Origin: Paraspadella gotoi
Taxonomy: Eukaryota; Animalia; Chaetognatha
DNA: 64,000 nt
Direction of reading: 5' to 3'
Assembly: GCA_051294375.1 (NCBI GenBank)
Contig: CM119271.1
Coordinates: forward strand, 16,827,799 to 16,891,798
Part shown: piece after piece, positions 33,961 to 47,762 of the stretch
How the letters are laid out: the number at the start of each line of letters is the position of its first letter
Numbering within the stretch: the first letter of the stretch is position 1
The notes under the pieces: generated by a model
Told to the model about the DNA's origin: nothing
Database searches by the model: none
The model's input: only the letters and a program-made list of their open reading frames with translations
Translations under genes and position numbers: made by a program

Positions 33961-34894
33961 TCCTCCTACGAATGAGGATCGCTTCCATTAAACTGCGGTT
34001 TCGGGGTCAAAATAGAAGAAAAGTTAAGAGAAACGGAAAAAGCATAAAACAATTTCATTTTATCTAAAGATGAAATAAATATGCATTAAGATTTCAAGAA
34101 ATATTAATATTATTTGACGACTTGTGTTTCATTATCAAGAAATTAATATGAAATTGGTACAACCAATATAAAATTTATGCTTGANNNNNNNNNNNNNNNN
34201 NNNNNNNNNNNNNNNNNNNNNNNNNNNNNNNNNNNNNNNNNNNNNNNNNNNNNNNNNNNNNNNNNNNNNNNNNNNNNNNNNNNNNNNNNNNNNNNNNNNN
34301 NNNNNNNNNNNNNNNNNNNNNNNNNNNNNNNNNNNNNNNNNNNNNNNNNNNNNNNNNNNNNNNNNNNNNNNNNNNNNNNNNNNNNNNNNNNNNNNNNNNN
34401 NNNNNNNNNNNNNNNNNNNNNNNNNNNNNNNNNNNNNNNNNNNNNNNNNNNNNNNNNNNNNNNNNNNNNNNNNNNNNNNNNNNNNNNNCCCCCCCATCAC
34501 CGCTCGGTCGTCAAAGTCTCAACTTATTCTGGTTTTTCCCCGCATCACGATTCTCATTCTTATTCACGGATTCGCGCCTCACCTTGCCCTCNNNNNNNNN
34601 NNNNNNNNNNNNNNNNNNNNNNNNNNNNNNNNNNNNNNNNNNNNNNNNNNNNNNNNNNNNNNNNNNNNNNNNNNNNNNNNNNNNNNNNNNNNNNNNNNNN
34701 NNNNNNNNNNNNNNNNNNNNNNNNNNNNNNNNNNNNNNNNNNNNNNNNNNNNNNNNNNNNNNNNNNNNNNNNNNNNNNNNNNNNNNNNNNNNNNNNNNNN
34801 NNNNNNNNNNTCTCTCTCTCTCTCTCTCTCTCTCTTTTTCGTCTTGACTCCAGCGTTACTAAAAAGTAATGAAGACAATAGGTTAAATGTAGCT

Positions 34895-35243
34895 AAAACA
34901 GTTTCAGATCTACATTTATTATAGTTTTGTTTTTTGATTAAAATTAAATTAAATTAAATTAAATTAAAATTAAAACAGTTTCAGATCTACATTTATTATA
35001 GTTTTGTTTTTTTATTAAAATTAAATTAAATTAAATTAAAATTAAAACAGTTTCAGATCTACATTTATTATAGTTTTGTTTTTTGATTAAAATTAAATTA
35101 AATTAAATTAAATTAAAATTAAAACAGTTTCAGATCTACATTTATTATAGTTTTGTTTTTTGGTTAAAATTAAATTAAATTAAATTAAATTAAAACAGTT
35201 TCAGATCTACATTTATTATAGTTTTGTTTTTTGATTAAAATTA
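34895..35243 (+). repeat. About 70-77-bp AT-rich tandem repeat, about 4.6 units
   Basis: AAAACAGTTTCAGATCTACATTTATTATAGTTTTG recurs five times, separated by (TTAAA)n of variable length. Confidence 0.92.
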
Positions 35244-35402
35244 TGAAAAAGAATCTAACTTGATTAATCCTTCATCGCGAGCCTCTCTTTCTATCCTTTG
35301 CTCTGTCTGTCTCTCTGTCTCTCTGTCTTTCTCTATCTGCCTCCCTCTCTCTCTGTCATTCACTCTCTCTCTTTATCTCCCCTACTTCCCTAAATCTCCC
35401 TG

Positions 35403-35440
<38 letters not shown>

Positions 35441-36381
35441 AACATACATGACGGCGTTTCGTCAAATAACGTTCTTCTCAAGCGACGATAAAAAACTCAT
35501 TTGCATATTAATTCCATCGTCAACATTTATTTCTCTCAATTTCGTTTTTCATCCTCATCGCGGTTTTTCGTGGCGCCGCGAGTCGCGGAGCAAGTCGCTT
35601 TTTGGTCGGTAAGTCGGTCGGTCAGTCGGTATATATTTCTGTTTTTCTATCGATCGGTCACACTTACATTGAAAATGCTCATAATTCGGGTAATTCGGGA
35701 AGTTAAGGCATCAGGTGATCATTAAAAATGGGTCACATGACACCAAAATTAATGCCTTGTGTGTGTTAATAACAATAGCAATAAAAGGCTCAAATTCTAA
35801 GTATATCACAATAGTATTTACAAGATCAAAGTTTGACCATAAAGAAAGAGAGCAAACCAATCGAGGGTAAGGTCAAAGTAAGGTCAATGGTTTGACCGAG
35901 GTTACGTATTGTCGTCGTTCGTCCACAATCTCTGATATTTCCTGTTAGCGTCACCATTCGTTTTTAAAGAAATCGGATTAGGAATAAATTACGAATTCCG
36001 ATACAGTGTGAGTCAAACAGAAATACACGTGAAAAGAAATTCACTGTGGCGCAACACTCATTGGAATCTCAGTTCTTATTTCTTTTCCTTTCTTTTATTT
36101 CCGGTCTTTCCGAAGGTCCGCCTCATAAGCTTTTTTTTATTGCTCATATTTTATACTCATTTATTACTAAGCATTTGATATTTATTGTTAAGTCAATCGA
36201 CCAATAGATCAACTAATCAATATATCAGTTCATCGATAAATCAATCAATCAATCAGCCGATGAATCAAACTATTGATTAATAAACAAATAAATCAACCAA
36301 CCAATAAATAAATTTATTAATAAATCAATAAATCAATTAGTCAAGTTTGCAATCCGGCATCTCATCCCAAAAAAAGTCAAA

Positions 36382-36486
<105 letters not shown>

Positions 36487-37057
36487 TCCTTTTAGTTCAC
36501 TTTCCTCGCGCGCAAAATATTTCTCACCGAAACTTCATCGTCGTCGTCGTCGTCATCGTTGTCGTCGTCGTCGTCGTCGACCTCCAAGGTGAAAGAAGAC
36601 GAATGATGATGACGAATTTGACGACAACGACGACGAAAATGTCCACGACAGTCAATATGACGACAACGACGACGACATTTGAAGTTGAAGAAATCGATTT
36701 TCTGTATTTAGTAGAAGATTAGCTAAGCTTATTAGCGAATCTAGTCTTTCTTTTAGTTGTCATTTACTTTTGTCCAAATACAAATTTTTCACGAATTAAT
36801 TTTTAAATTTTGCGCGCGATTCGAATGAGATATAAGGTGTAAATTAGAATTAAAGAATGGATAAATGTTAAATAATAATTTTTTAATATGTTTATGTATT
36901 TTATGATTTAATGAAAAGATTTATTGACCCGATAATACTAGAATATTATTAGAAAGACGACGACGACAACAACAACAACAACAACAACGCGGATCAAAGC
37001 AATCGTCGTTCACCAGCTGAACCTCGTCTCAAACAATGAAAGTTATTGATGATGACG

Positions 37058-37101
<44 letters not shown>

Positions 37102-37242
37102 AGAGAAAGAGAGAGATAGACAAAGAGAATTTCTTAGATCTTTACCACATTCGATCTGATTACTTTTTCTTAATTAAAAATGATCTTAATACAAATTAAC
37201 TTGAACAGGGAACGACTTGGAAAAATAGATGATGGTGACGAC

Positions 37243-37276
<34 letters not shown>

Positions 37277-37580
37277 GTCGATTGATCATAATGTTTATGA
37301 TGATTATAATAATGTTAATGATGATGAAAAGATTATGGTGGTAGAAATAATGATGATGATTATGTTTATAATGATTATAATGAGTGTGATAGTGTTAATG
37401 ATTATTATAAATGATGATGATGACGATGATGGTGATGTTTATAGTGATGGTAATGATTATGATAATGATGAAGATTATGATAAGGTTATTGTTATAAAAA
37501 TGATGATGATAATGATGATTATGATGATGATGATGACGTACTCTTCGTTGTCACTCGACGTGATAAACGACGACACAGAA

Positions 37581-37627
<47 letters not shown>

Positions 37628-37859
37628 GCCGTTGGAGGGTGAGAGACCAAAACAAAGGGAGAGAATAAACATTGGCCAGAAGAAGTTGTTTTTTTTGTTT
37701 TGAAGACCAACGAATGTAAACAAAATCTCGACGGTGAAAAAAATTCCACACATAAGAAAATTTTAAAGAAAGAATTTTAACTCAGTTTCTGCCAAAAGTT
37801 TATTAATTTCCTTTTATATTTTTCTCTTTCCTTTCTTCTTTTTATCTTCTTATCTTTTT

Positions 37860-38400
37860 CTCCTTCATCCCTTTCCTCTTTTTAATATTTTCCTATTTCT
37901 CCTCTCCTCTTCTTTTCCTCCTTCCTCCCTTTNNNNNNNNNNNNNNNNNNNNNNNNNNNNNNNNNNNNNNNNNNNNNNNNNNNNNNNNNNNNNNNNNNNN
38001 NNNNNNNNNNNNNNNNNNNNNNNNNNNNNNNNNNNNNNNNNNNNNNNNNNNNNNNNNNNNNNNNNNNNNNNNNNNNNNNNNNNNNNNNNNNNNNNNNNNN
38101 NNNNNNNNNNNNNNNNNNNNNNNNNNNNNNNNNNNNNNNNNNNNNNNNNNNNNNNNNNNNNNNNNNNNNNNNNNNNNNNNNNNNNNNNNNNNNNNNNTCT
38201 TTTCCTCCTTCCTCCCTTTCCCTTTTTTAATATTTTTTTATTTCTCCTCTCCTCTTATTTTCCTCCTTCCTCCCTTTCCCTTTTTTAATATTTTTCTATT
38301 TCTCCTCTCCTCTTCTTTTCCTCCTTCCTCCCTTTCCCTTTTTTAATATTTTTCTATTTCTCCTTTCCTCTTTTTTTCTTCCTTCCTCCCCTTTTTCCCC
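37860..38400 (+). repeat. About 55-bp pyrimidine-rich tandem repeat spanning a gap
   Basis: TTTTAATATTTTTCTATTTCTCCTCTCCTCTTCTTTTCCTCCTTCCTCCCTTTCCC repeated on both sides of the N run. Confidence 0.8.
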
Positions 38401-38536
38401 ATTCTTTCCTATTTCCTCTTATGCATCGGATATTAAGGTTAATCGACTTCCTCTCCCTAGAGTCGACGCCTAATTAAAACTAATTGCCCAAAAATATTAA
38501 TCGTGACTTGTCAACTTGGCGTGAAAAGGTGGAAAA

Positions 38537-38570
<34 letters not shown>

Positions 38571-39144
38571 NNNNNNNNNNNNNNNNNNNNNNNNNNNNNN
38601 NNNNNNNNNNNNNNNNNNNNNNNNNNNNNNNNNNNNNNNNNNNNNNNNNNNNNNNNNNNNNNNNNNNNNNNNNNNNNNGAGAGAGAGAGAGAGAGAGAGA
38701 ATGCAGCTGGGAAAAAAACACCGACTGATTGTTGATTGCACGTCTTGTTGATGTATAGTATTGATTGCAATCCCCATGGTAACAGCTTGTTGAATAACAC
38801 GTTTCATCATTTCTTAAGGATTTAAAACGTGTTAGTGGCTCATTTTTTAAAAATTAACACTTAACAATTGTTATCATTAAATGTAGGATTTCTTTTGTTC
38901 ACAAACAACAAAGTTATTTTTATTTTGTTTCGTAAAAATAGTTTTTCTTAATCGATATAAAAATAAATTCGAACAAAACAATTTCACCATTTAATGCTAC
39001 TATTAAACGCAATAAAAAGATACGATAACATAATCCCTCAACTTAATCTTTAAGCCTTAAAACTACCTAAATTCAGAATTTAAGATGATATGGGACGCTT
39101 TGGGAAAATATGGCCGATATAACAATGCCTGAAATATATATACT

Positions 39145-39362
39145 TTCATATCATATCACATCACAATCATATCACATCACATCGCATTTTATCATATCAC
39201 ATCATATCATATCATATTACATCATATCACATCACATCACATCACAATCGCATCACATTCACGTCACATCATATCACATCCTATCATATCATATCGCATT
39301 TTATCAAATCATTTCACATCATATCACATAATTTCACATCTTATTATAACGTATCACATCAT
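39145..39362 (+). repeat. Degenerate (ATATC/ATCAC)n pentanucleotide repeat
   Basis: Direct reading. Confidence 0.88.
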
Positions 39363-39426
39363 ATAAACAATAGGAATTTTATTCGCGCTTCTGATTTCGA
39401 ATTTTCCTTCAGCGTCGATCGTGAGT

Positions 39427-39622
39427 GACTTCAGATGTTGACTTCAGATGTTGACTTCAGATGTTGACTTCAGATGTTGACTTCAGATGTTGACTTCAGA
39501 TGTTGACTTCAGTTGTTGACTTCAGATGTTAACTTCAGGTGTTGACTTCAGATGTTGACTTCAGATGTTGACTTCAGAATTTGACTTTAGATGTTGACTT
39601 TAGATGTTGACTTCAGATGTTG
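39427..39622 (+). repeat. 13-bp minisatellite (GACTTCAGATGTT), about 15 units
   Basis: Near-perfect head-to-tail units with no spacers. Confidence 0.95.
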
Positions 39623-39709
39623 CCGCAGATGGGAATTCAATCGAGACTAAAGACGAAACAAAGATTCCCGCAGATGGTACCACTACCAGGCTTTAAAGGC
39701 CGACTCTTT

Positions 39710-39970
39710 GTCGGGCAAAGTGTCATGTGAAGTGTCGGGCAAAGTGTCGGGCAAAGTGTCGGGCAAAGTGTCGGTTGAAGTGTTGGGCAAAGTGTCGGTT
39801 TAAGTGTTGGGCAAAGTGTCGGATGAAGTGTCGGGAAANNNNNNNNNNNNNNNNNNNNNNNNNNNNNNNNNNNNNNNNNNNNNNNNNNNNNNNNNNNNNN
39901 NNNNNNNNNNNNNNNNNNNNNNNNNNNNNGTCGGGCAAAGTGTCGGTTGAAGTGTCGGGCGAAGTGTCGG
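39710..39970 (+). repeat. 12-bp minisatellite (GTGTCGGGCAAA) spanning a gap
   Basis: Tandem units on both sides of the N run; source of the CRAK/PTLC ORFs. Confidence 0.92.
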
Positions 39971-40774
39971 TCCCCGAGACTCAACGATCGTCAGTTTTTT
40001 TTATTCTTTACGATTTCCATAAAATCGTCGAGAATGAAAAAAGAAGGGATGGAGACCGATGGAGTTTGAGCCGACAAAAAGGGCGGAACGAAGGCAGTCA
40101 GGCGGACCGACGGACAATGACAAAGAAGAGAAAATGATGACAAAAGGGGAAGATGTTGATATTGACGCAATGAGATTGATTTTGACGCGATGAAATTGAC
40201 ATTTATGAAAGGAAAAAATGAATGAAGTTTAATTTGATTAGAGGTAGCCCCACTCAATGGGGTGAGTCAAAAATTTAGAGTGAGTACATTTATAAATATA
40301 ATTTAAGTATTTTTTAAATATTTATTTATAGATAGAAAAGGCCCAAAATTTTTTGGAGAATTTTAAATTTTAAGACCAGATTTAAAATTTTGTTTTCTCT
40401 ATATAGTAATATAATAATTCGAATTAGGCGAGTACCCTCAGAAGAAAGCATTTTTGACAAAAAATATTTTAATACTATAATCTATGCTCATGATAATTTT
40501 TTTTAACGCTGTATACATTAACATTTAAATTTTATCAGCTAAGGCTAATTTGAAGATAGGAACGATATCCAGGGAAAATGGATTCAGTTGAAATGAATAA
40601 ATTTTGGAAAGCATTGCTCCTTAAAAAAATTCATCGCAGCAAAAAAAAAGAGCATTGCTCTAAAAATGACATCGCCTGAAAAAAAGAGAGCATTTCTCAG
40701 AAAAGCATTGCGAAAAAAAAGAGCAACGCACGAAGTTTCTCGATTATCGTTTATCGACGGAAACTAATAAAATT

Positions 40775-41081
40775 GAGGGGAAAAATGAAGGGAAAAATGA
40801 AAAATGGGGGAAGATTGTGGGAAAACGGGGGAAAGACTGGGGGAAAGACTTTGAGGGGAAGACAGGGTGGGAGACTGAGGGCAGGGGGAAGGACTGAGGG
40901 AAAGAACTGGGGAAAGACTCGAGAGGGGAAGACTTGGCAGGGGAAGGGAAGAAGACCTGGGGGAAAGACTGAGGGGACTGTCGAGGGGGCAAGACTGGGG
41001 AAAAGAGCTTGAAAGGGAAAGACATTGGGGGAGCAAACTGGAAGGAGCTGGGGAAAGACTTGAGGGGGAAAGACTGGGGAA
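40775..41081 (+). repeat. G-rich GGGGAAAGACT-type degenerate minisatellite, left part (resumes at 43674-44100)
   Basis: The same unit continues on the far side of the 41082-43673 insertion. Confidence 0.85.
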
Positions 41082-43673
41082 TAGCGGCGGAGTATAAAAT
41101 ACAAGAAATGATAAAGGAGGCATCTTGTCTCCTAATTTTTTGAAACACATGTAAAACTATTACCCTGAGATCGAAAAATCAAAAATTCGCTGGCCAATTT
41201 TCCCGTTCTAATCGATTTTAATAATGCGATAAGATGCAAAAAAATCGAAAAGAAATAACAAATTTAAAGATAAAATAAAGTTTGTTAGAATTCATAATTT
41301 TTAGTAAAATATAGCTAAATCAAAGTATTTAAAACTGTTGTTCACTAAATAAATGTAAAAACTTGTATTAATTAATGTTTAAAACTATTATGTAAAAATT
41401 GCATTTTTTGTGAAAAAATACGAAAATTGTAAAAGATAGGAAAGATTGGTTAATCAGAGAGGTTTTAATCAAAATATACATGAAAATAAAGAGAAATAAC
41501 TGTTTTTCATTTGTAAAAATTTCCTATTATTATAATTTTTAATTATACATAGATTTTACATTTTTAACCACAATAAATAAAGCAAAACAATAAATTAAGG
41601 CGATCAGAAATTAAATGAATTTATGGATATAGTCAAAGGGTTATTTCAAACTCTCATAACATAAACCAAAAGAAAAATAAATTGTTAAAAAAATTCCTCT
41701 AAAGCGCAAAAAAGCGTTTTTTTATGATACAAAAAAGCATCAGGGCCCTTTACTCTCGGTGGCTTACCTTACACTATTGTTGCCGTCTAAGTCAGTCTGA
41801 TATTATTTTTTTTCCTTTCATTTTATTGATTTTGAAGATGTGAACAGTGAGGTTTATTTTAATATTTACAAAATATATTGTTTGTAATGTTAAAAAGCTG
41901 TTTTATTAATTTTTTTCATCGTCTTCTCTTCTCAATTGTCAATTCATAAGATACAGCGGTGCTAAATAATAAAAAGTGGCTTAATTGTATCCTTTTGAAT
42001 TCTGATCAAGAGCTTCCTTAGCAAAGGGATATGATTTATAAAAAAATTATTTTATTAAATAAAATAAATTTAATAATAAAAAAATTTCAATTGGGTGAAC
42101 AAATTCTGCTATCAAAGAGAGTGCCACAATATTGTAGCCGGGAAACAGGGCTTAAAGACATAACCAACTGCCGAACGCGCCAGAAGAGCAACAATTTGTT
42201 GATTAATGTAACTATATTTTCGGGAAAGGTGGGCATCAGAGGCAGTAAGATAACAATTAAATATGAAGATAATATGTGCATTGAGTTGACGCATTTTCTT
42301 AAATGACTTACAAAATAAAGGATAAAAAATATATCGTGAATTTTCCTTTTGTTTCGTTGGTGGATAAAATAATAGAAAATATAGTTAAGAATTACAACAA
42401 GCGGTCTAAAAACTGCTTGAATGTCAAGAGGCAACTGTCCCCTGAACTAGTAACAATGCTTTACAAAAAAAAATAATCAGTGATATTTCCCCGAGTTCAA
42501 GACCTTTTTTCTAATCCTCGGTGTTCTTTTTTCTCGAAAAGATGGCAAATTAAGACGTCCGTAACCAATTCACGGCCTTCGGACGTAGAGCCCTTTTTTT
42601 CTCACCGCAAGCCACAAGCTCACACATCGCCACAAACGGCAATACAATTTTAGGATTATATTTATTTATATTATTGTTAAAATTAATGCCTATTAAAATA
42701 CTGGATGTTTTTTAAAAACAGTGCTTAGTTTTTCAAAGTTAAGTATTTATAATCTCAGGTTATTATATTTTTCTTTAAAAATCAAACTGATTAATTTCAT
42801 TGCATGTATAAACTTAACATCCCTCATCCCCCAAATTATTTGTTTATAAATAAAAACATGATCAAACTCGTTTCCATATTCCTTAAACAATACTTGTTTA
42901 TAACAGACTAAAATGAGTACAAATTGGTAAAATGAAATTGATGGGTTTAGTGAAAATGGGTAATAAAATATGCTTTGATCTAAAATTAATTTTGCTAAAC
43001 AAAATTGTAGTTAGTTGTCATTATTGTTATTATAAAGTTGTAAATCATTTTTAACAGAGTAGTTTTTATTTCAAATGATTATCTACCAATATTTCATGAG
43101 AATTTGTTCATTTTTGATAAAAAAAAAAAGATTCGCCCAGGAGCGATCTAAGGGAAGGAGAATGGTAAGGCTTAATGGTAAGTCAACCTAATATTTTTTG
43201 GTAAAGATTATTATAAGCTGTATAAGTTTAATGTTAGCTATTAACAACTTTTATAAGCTTTAAATGGGATAATTGACTGCATTATGTGGCTTCGGTACTT
43301 ATTTTCCATTTTGGGCTTAATTTTTATGCAATTTTTTATGAAAATACCTTATTTTTTAAAAATTACTTAATATTTATATAAACATATTTTTTTAGCATTT
43401 TTTATGGGATGAAAACGGGTTAAATTCTTTGTTAAGGCTATATTTCACTTAAAAAAGTGAACCTTAACCAGCTTTCTTTGATAATCAAAATTTTTGTTAT
43501 TTTGACAATTTTTTTGCATCAAAATTGCTTTATAAAATCGATAGAACGGAAAATTGGAGCGAGCCGAAATTTTCATTTTTTAAATCTTGGGGTATAGTAA
43601 ATTAATCAAATACAAAAAATTAAGGGGCACAAGAGGTCATGATATCATATCTTGTATTTATGCTCCGCGCTTA
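41082..43673. mobile_element. About 2.6-kb degenerate DNA transposon with long imperfect TIRs (Mutator/foldback-like)
   Basis: About 180-bp imperfect inverted repeats (41082 to about 41265; about 43490 to 43673). Flanked by CTGGGGAA (41074-41081 and 43674-43681; 9 bp if the adjacent A is counted). No intact transposase seen; superfamily is inferred. Confidence 0.75.
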
Positions 43674-44309
43674 CTGGGGAAAGACCTTGAGGAGGAAGAC
43701 TCGGGGGAAAACGAAGAAAGAAGACTGGGGGAAAGACTGAGGGGGACTGAGGGGAAGACTGACGGGGAAGACCTTGAGGAGGAGAGACATTGGGGGAGAT
43801 GGGGAGGGGGAAAGACTGAGCGGGGAAGACTTGGGAGGAGAAACAGGGAAGAAGACTGGGGGGAAAGACTGATGGGGGATTGAGGGGAAGATGGGGAAAA
43901 GACTATGAGAGGGCAAACTGCTGGGTGGGGGTAAAACAGATGGGAGGACGGGAAGTGACTCGAGGGGGTGAGGGGAAACTGTGGTTGGAAGCTGGGGGTG
44001 GAAAGACTCTAGGGAAACATGGAGGGAGACTGGGAGTGGGAAGGACTGACGGGGAATAACTTGGGGGGAACGGGGGAAGAACTGGGGGGGAATTGGGGGG
44101 ATGGAATAAGAGGAATACTGAGTCCAGATGATCACAGTAGATTACAGAGGATGACAGACGATCACAGACGAAGTAAAAAAATCTCGTTAAGGTTTTCACA
44201 ATTTTCATATTTCTTCTTCTTTCCTTTTCCTCCTCCTCCTCCTCCTCCTCCTCCTCCTCATTTTCAGCTGCAAATCGCTATATCTTTTTAGTTGCGCCAT
44301 CAAATCAAA

Positions 44310-44418
44310 TATAGCCTACTGCGAAAATTAAAAAACATAAAGTTCATTTTTTTTTTACAAATTAATGTTCACTGATGGTATGTTGTTCATAATTGACTTA
44401 CGGAACGTTCACTACGCT
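44310..44418. mobile_element. Solo arm fragment of the 51031-51642 foldback family
   Basis: TAGCCTACTGCGAAAATTAAAAAACATAAA...ATGTTGTTCATAATTGACTT is the reverse complement of about 51066-51152. Confidence 0.75.
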
Positions 44419-44507
44419 CGACTGCCTAAAGCCAGGAGGCAATATAACTTATTTATTAAATGAATTCGTAATGTTTATATTGGTTCTACCAATTTCATAC
44501 AACGGTT

Positions 44508-44770
44508 TTATCAGCATATTCCGACTCTATAATTCACTTTGTCGGTCCGTCGGTCCCACCCCAAAATCTTGTCGGTAAATCATTTTTATCATATCAGAAC
44601 ATCGAATTATGATAAATTATGCAATAAAATGATGTCTGTCCGTCTGTCTGTCTGTCCGTCCATCCGTCCGTCCGTCCCTCTGTCCGTCCCCCCTTAGCAT
44701 TAAACTCTAATTACTCTTGATTGGATGGATGGATTGGAAGGAAATTTTGTTTGTGGGTGGGAAAGTGTTG
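44508..44770 (+). mobile_element. DINE-1/HINE-like element, partial copy 2
   Basis: CCGACTCTATAATTCACTTTGTCGGTCCGT...ATCGAATTATGATAAATTATGC followed by (GTCY)n; reverse complement of the core at about 1890-2130. Confidence 0.75.
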
Positions 44771-45173
44771 AATATAAAGTTTCTCTCACAACCTATCATC
44801 ATATCCATTTATATCTCTTAATCATCATATCCCTTTATATCTCTTAATTTGTATAGAACTCTCACGATCTCTATATCTCTATCACAACCTATCACCCCCC
44901 TGATATTTCAATCAACAACAACCCATTACAGATTTTTCACAATCCTGCATTTTTCACACACAACTCTGCGAGTCTGCATTCTGAAGGCGTAATTACGATT
45001 CGCCTTCTCGGCTTCCTCAATCAGCCCATTGATTTTTAATCTCTCTCTCTCTCTCTCNNNNNNNNNNNNNNNNNNNNNNNNNNNNNNNNNNNNNNNNNNN
45101 NNNNNNNNNNNNTCGTCTCTCTCTTCTCTTCTCTCTCTATTCCTATCTCTCTTCTCTCTCTCTCTCTTTCTCG

Positions 45174-45209
<36 letters not shown>

Positions 45210-45260
45210 ATCTCTCTCTCTATCTCTCTTCCTATTCTCTCTTTCTCATCTCTCGTCTTT

Positions 45261-45310
<50 letters not shown>

Positions 45311-46161
45311 TAATCTCTCTTCTCTCTTCTCTCTTTCTCCTTTCTCTCTCTCTCTCTCTCTCCTCTCATCTCTCTCATCTCTCTCTCTTTTTCCTCTCTC
45401 TCTCTCTTTCCTCATCCTCTCTTTCCTCTTCTCCTCCCTCTCTTCTCTCTCTCTCTTTTCCTCTTTCTCTCTCTCTCTCGCCTCCTCTCTCTCTCTCTCT
45501 CTCATCTTCATCTCTCCCTCCTCGACTCCGTCTCCTTCTCCTCTCTCCTCTCTCTCCTCTCCCTTTCCTCAGTTTTTTTTCAACCGTCTCATTTCTTTTT
45601 TCCTTTGTTTTTGTTTCCAATTTCATGCTGGTTTCTCTCTTTGCTTGTTTACAACCGCGTCAGGGGAAAACACTTTACATATCGTTTCCTTTTTTATTAT
45701 AATACCCTCTTATATCTTTTCTTTTCTTCTTCCTTATCTTTCTTCTTCATTTTCTCTCCCTATATTCTTTTTCTTTTCGTTCTTGCTTTTACTTCTTTTC
45801 TGTAAATCTCTATCTATTTTTTTTCTATATCTTTTCCCTTCTTTTTCACTACTCTCTCTTATTTCTTTCTTTCTTTCTTTTTTTGTTTCCTTATTTTTTT
45901 TTAAAAAAAAGAGAGAGAATTCCGAATTCGGGATTTGTTTTCTTTTTTGTTTCCTTTTTTTTCTTTTTTTTTTTCCATTTTTTTTTTCCTTTTTCTCCAA
46001 CAACTTAAAAAGTTTAAATGATCCCATGATGAGGCTTTCAAAGTGAAAACAAAGCTTTCAGTTGTTGTTGTTTGTTGGTTTGTTGTTTTTTCGTTTTGTT
46101 TTTTTGTTGTTTTCTCAATAAGATTCGTCCGAGAACCGGGAATATTTCCAATATTCCGGAG

Positions 46162-46227
<66 letters not shown>

Positions 46228-46359
46228 GGAGAGAGAGATAGGGTTAGGGTTTAGAGAGAGAGAGGGTGAAGAGAGAGAGAGGAAGAATGAATACAGAAGA
46301 AGAAAAGAACAAGAAATAGGATAGAAAAAGAAAAAAAAAAGAAGGGAATTAAATAGAAC

Positions 46360-46399
<40 letters not shown>

Positions 46400-46513
46400 C
46401 CCTTCGTCATTTTCAAAGTCAAAAAGTCAAACTGATAAAAAAAAAGGAAAGTTATTTTTTTGTGGCGAAGGATTAACTATTGAGAAAAGAGAGAGTGAAG
46501 GAGAGAGGGAGGG

Positions 46514-46555
<42 letters not shown>

Positions 46556-46954
46556 AGAGAGAGAGAGAGAGAGATCTACACGTTGAAAGACAGACAGAGA
46601 GCAAACAGACCAGAACGACAGAGAGACAGCCAGACAGCCAGACAGACTGACAGACAAACAGACAGATAAACAAAGGAGTCCAGATCAGACCGGACTGAGA
46701 CTGTCCAGACAGAGAGACAGACAACAGACGAGACAAAAAAATTCGAAAAGAGAGACAGACAGAAGACAGAGAGACAGAACCAAGAGTTAAACGTCAGCAT
46801 AGTCAGTCAGTGAGACAGACAAAAGAGACAGGACCAGATAGACAGGGAGACGACCAACATCCCAAAATCCCTATATAGTGAAGTGGCAGAAAATAGTCGT
46901 GGACACAGAAGTGAAGGTGAATAAGTTGGTCAAGTGGGTGACTGAGTTAATGAG

Positions 46955-47065
46955 ACTGTAGGGAGAAGGGTCTGCAGGGTGTGAGATCTTTAGGGAGAAA
47001 GGTCTGCAGGGTGTGAGGTCTTTAGGCAGAAGGGTCTGTAGGGTGTGAGGTTTTCAGGGAGAAGG
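46955..47065 (+). repeat. About 30-bp tandem repeat (AGGGAGAAGGGTCTGCAGGGTGTGAGGTCTTT), about 3.5 units
   Basis: Direct reading. Confidence 0.8.
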
Positions 47066-47406
47066 AGCGAAGGGTCTAAAAGACGAAATTTTAAAATACC
47101 AAACTAATATTATACAACTTTTTCGTAATTAAAATTTTTTTTAAATTTTTTCTCAGTTTTTAATTTTTATCATTTTTAGCCCAAAAAAAGGAAGGAAATG
47201 CATCGCGTTTGAATCGACTTCCTGTTTGCATATCCTGCGCGCAGATAAAATTAAAATGCAAACACGACTCTATCTCTGTCTCGCTCTGTCCGTTTAGCGG
47301 GGTAAAATTCCTTTTTTACTCTCTGTTTTTCTCTGTTGCTCTCTCTCTCTCTCTCTCTCNNNNNNNNNNNNNNNNNNNNNNNNNTTACTCTCTGTTTTTC
47401 TCTGTT

Positions 47407-47444
<38 letters not shown>

Positions 47445-47695
47445 CGTCTCTCTCTCTCTCTCTCTCTTTTCTCTCTCTCTCTTCTCTCTTCTCTCTCTCT
47501 CTCTGTCTTTCTATATCTCTTTTTTTTCACTTTCCAGAAATAAAAAAAAATAATATTGTTAAATCGAACTAAAAAATTTTATTTGAAAATACCAATAAGG
47601 GTACAGAGCGTAGAGTTGGGTCAATAAAAAAAATCGACAAAATCGCTGTACATTCGATACAATCTGTAATGATTGTAAAAACTGAACGAGCAATT

Positions 47696-47762
<67 letters not shown>

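Noticed and set aside
32909-34924. Long ORFs of 223-360 aa in the track
   Set aside because: Translations of (TTTTC)n and N runs.
37230-37540. Asp/Met/Ile-rich ORF
   Set aside because: Degenerate (GAT)n microsatellite.
39427-39622. CRISPR-like array
   Set aside because: Contiguous 13-bp units with no unique spacers, no cas genes and a eukaryotic context; the same applies to the arrays at 34895 and 53672.
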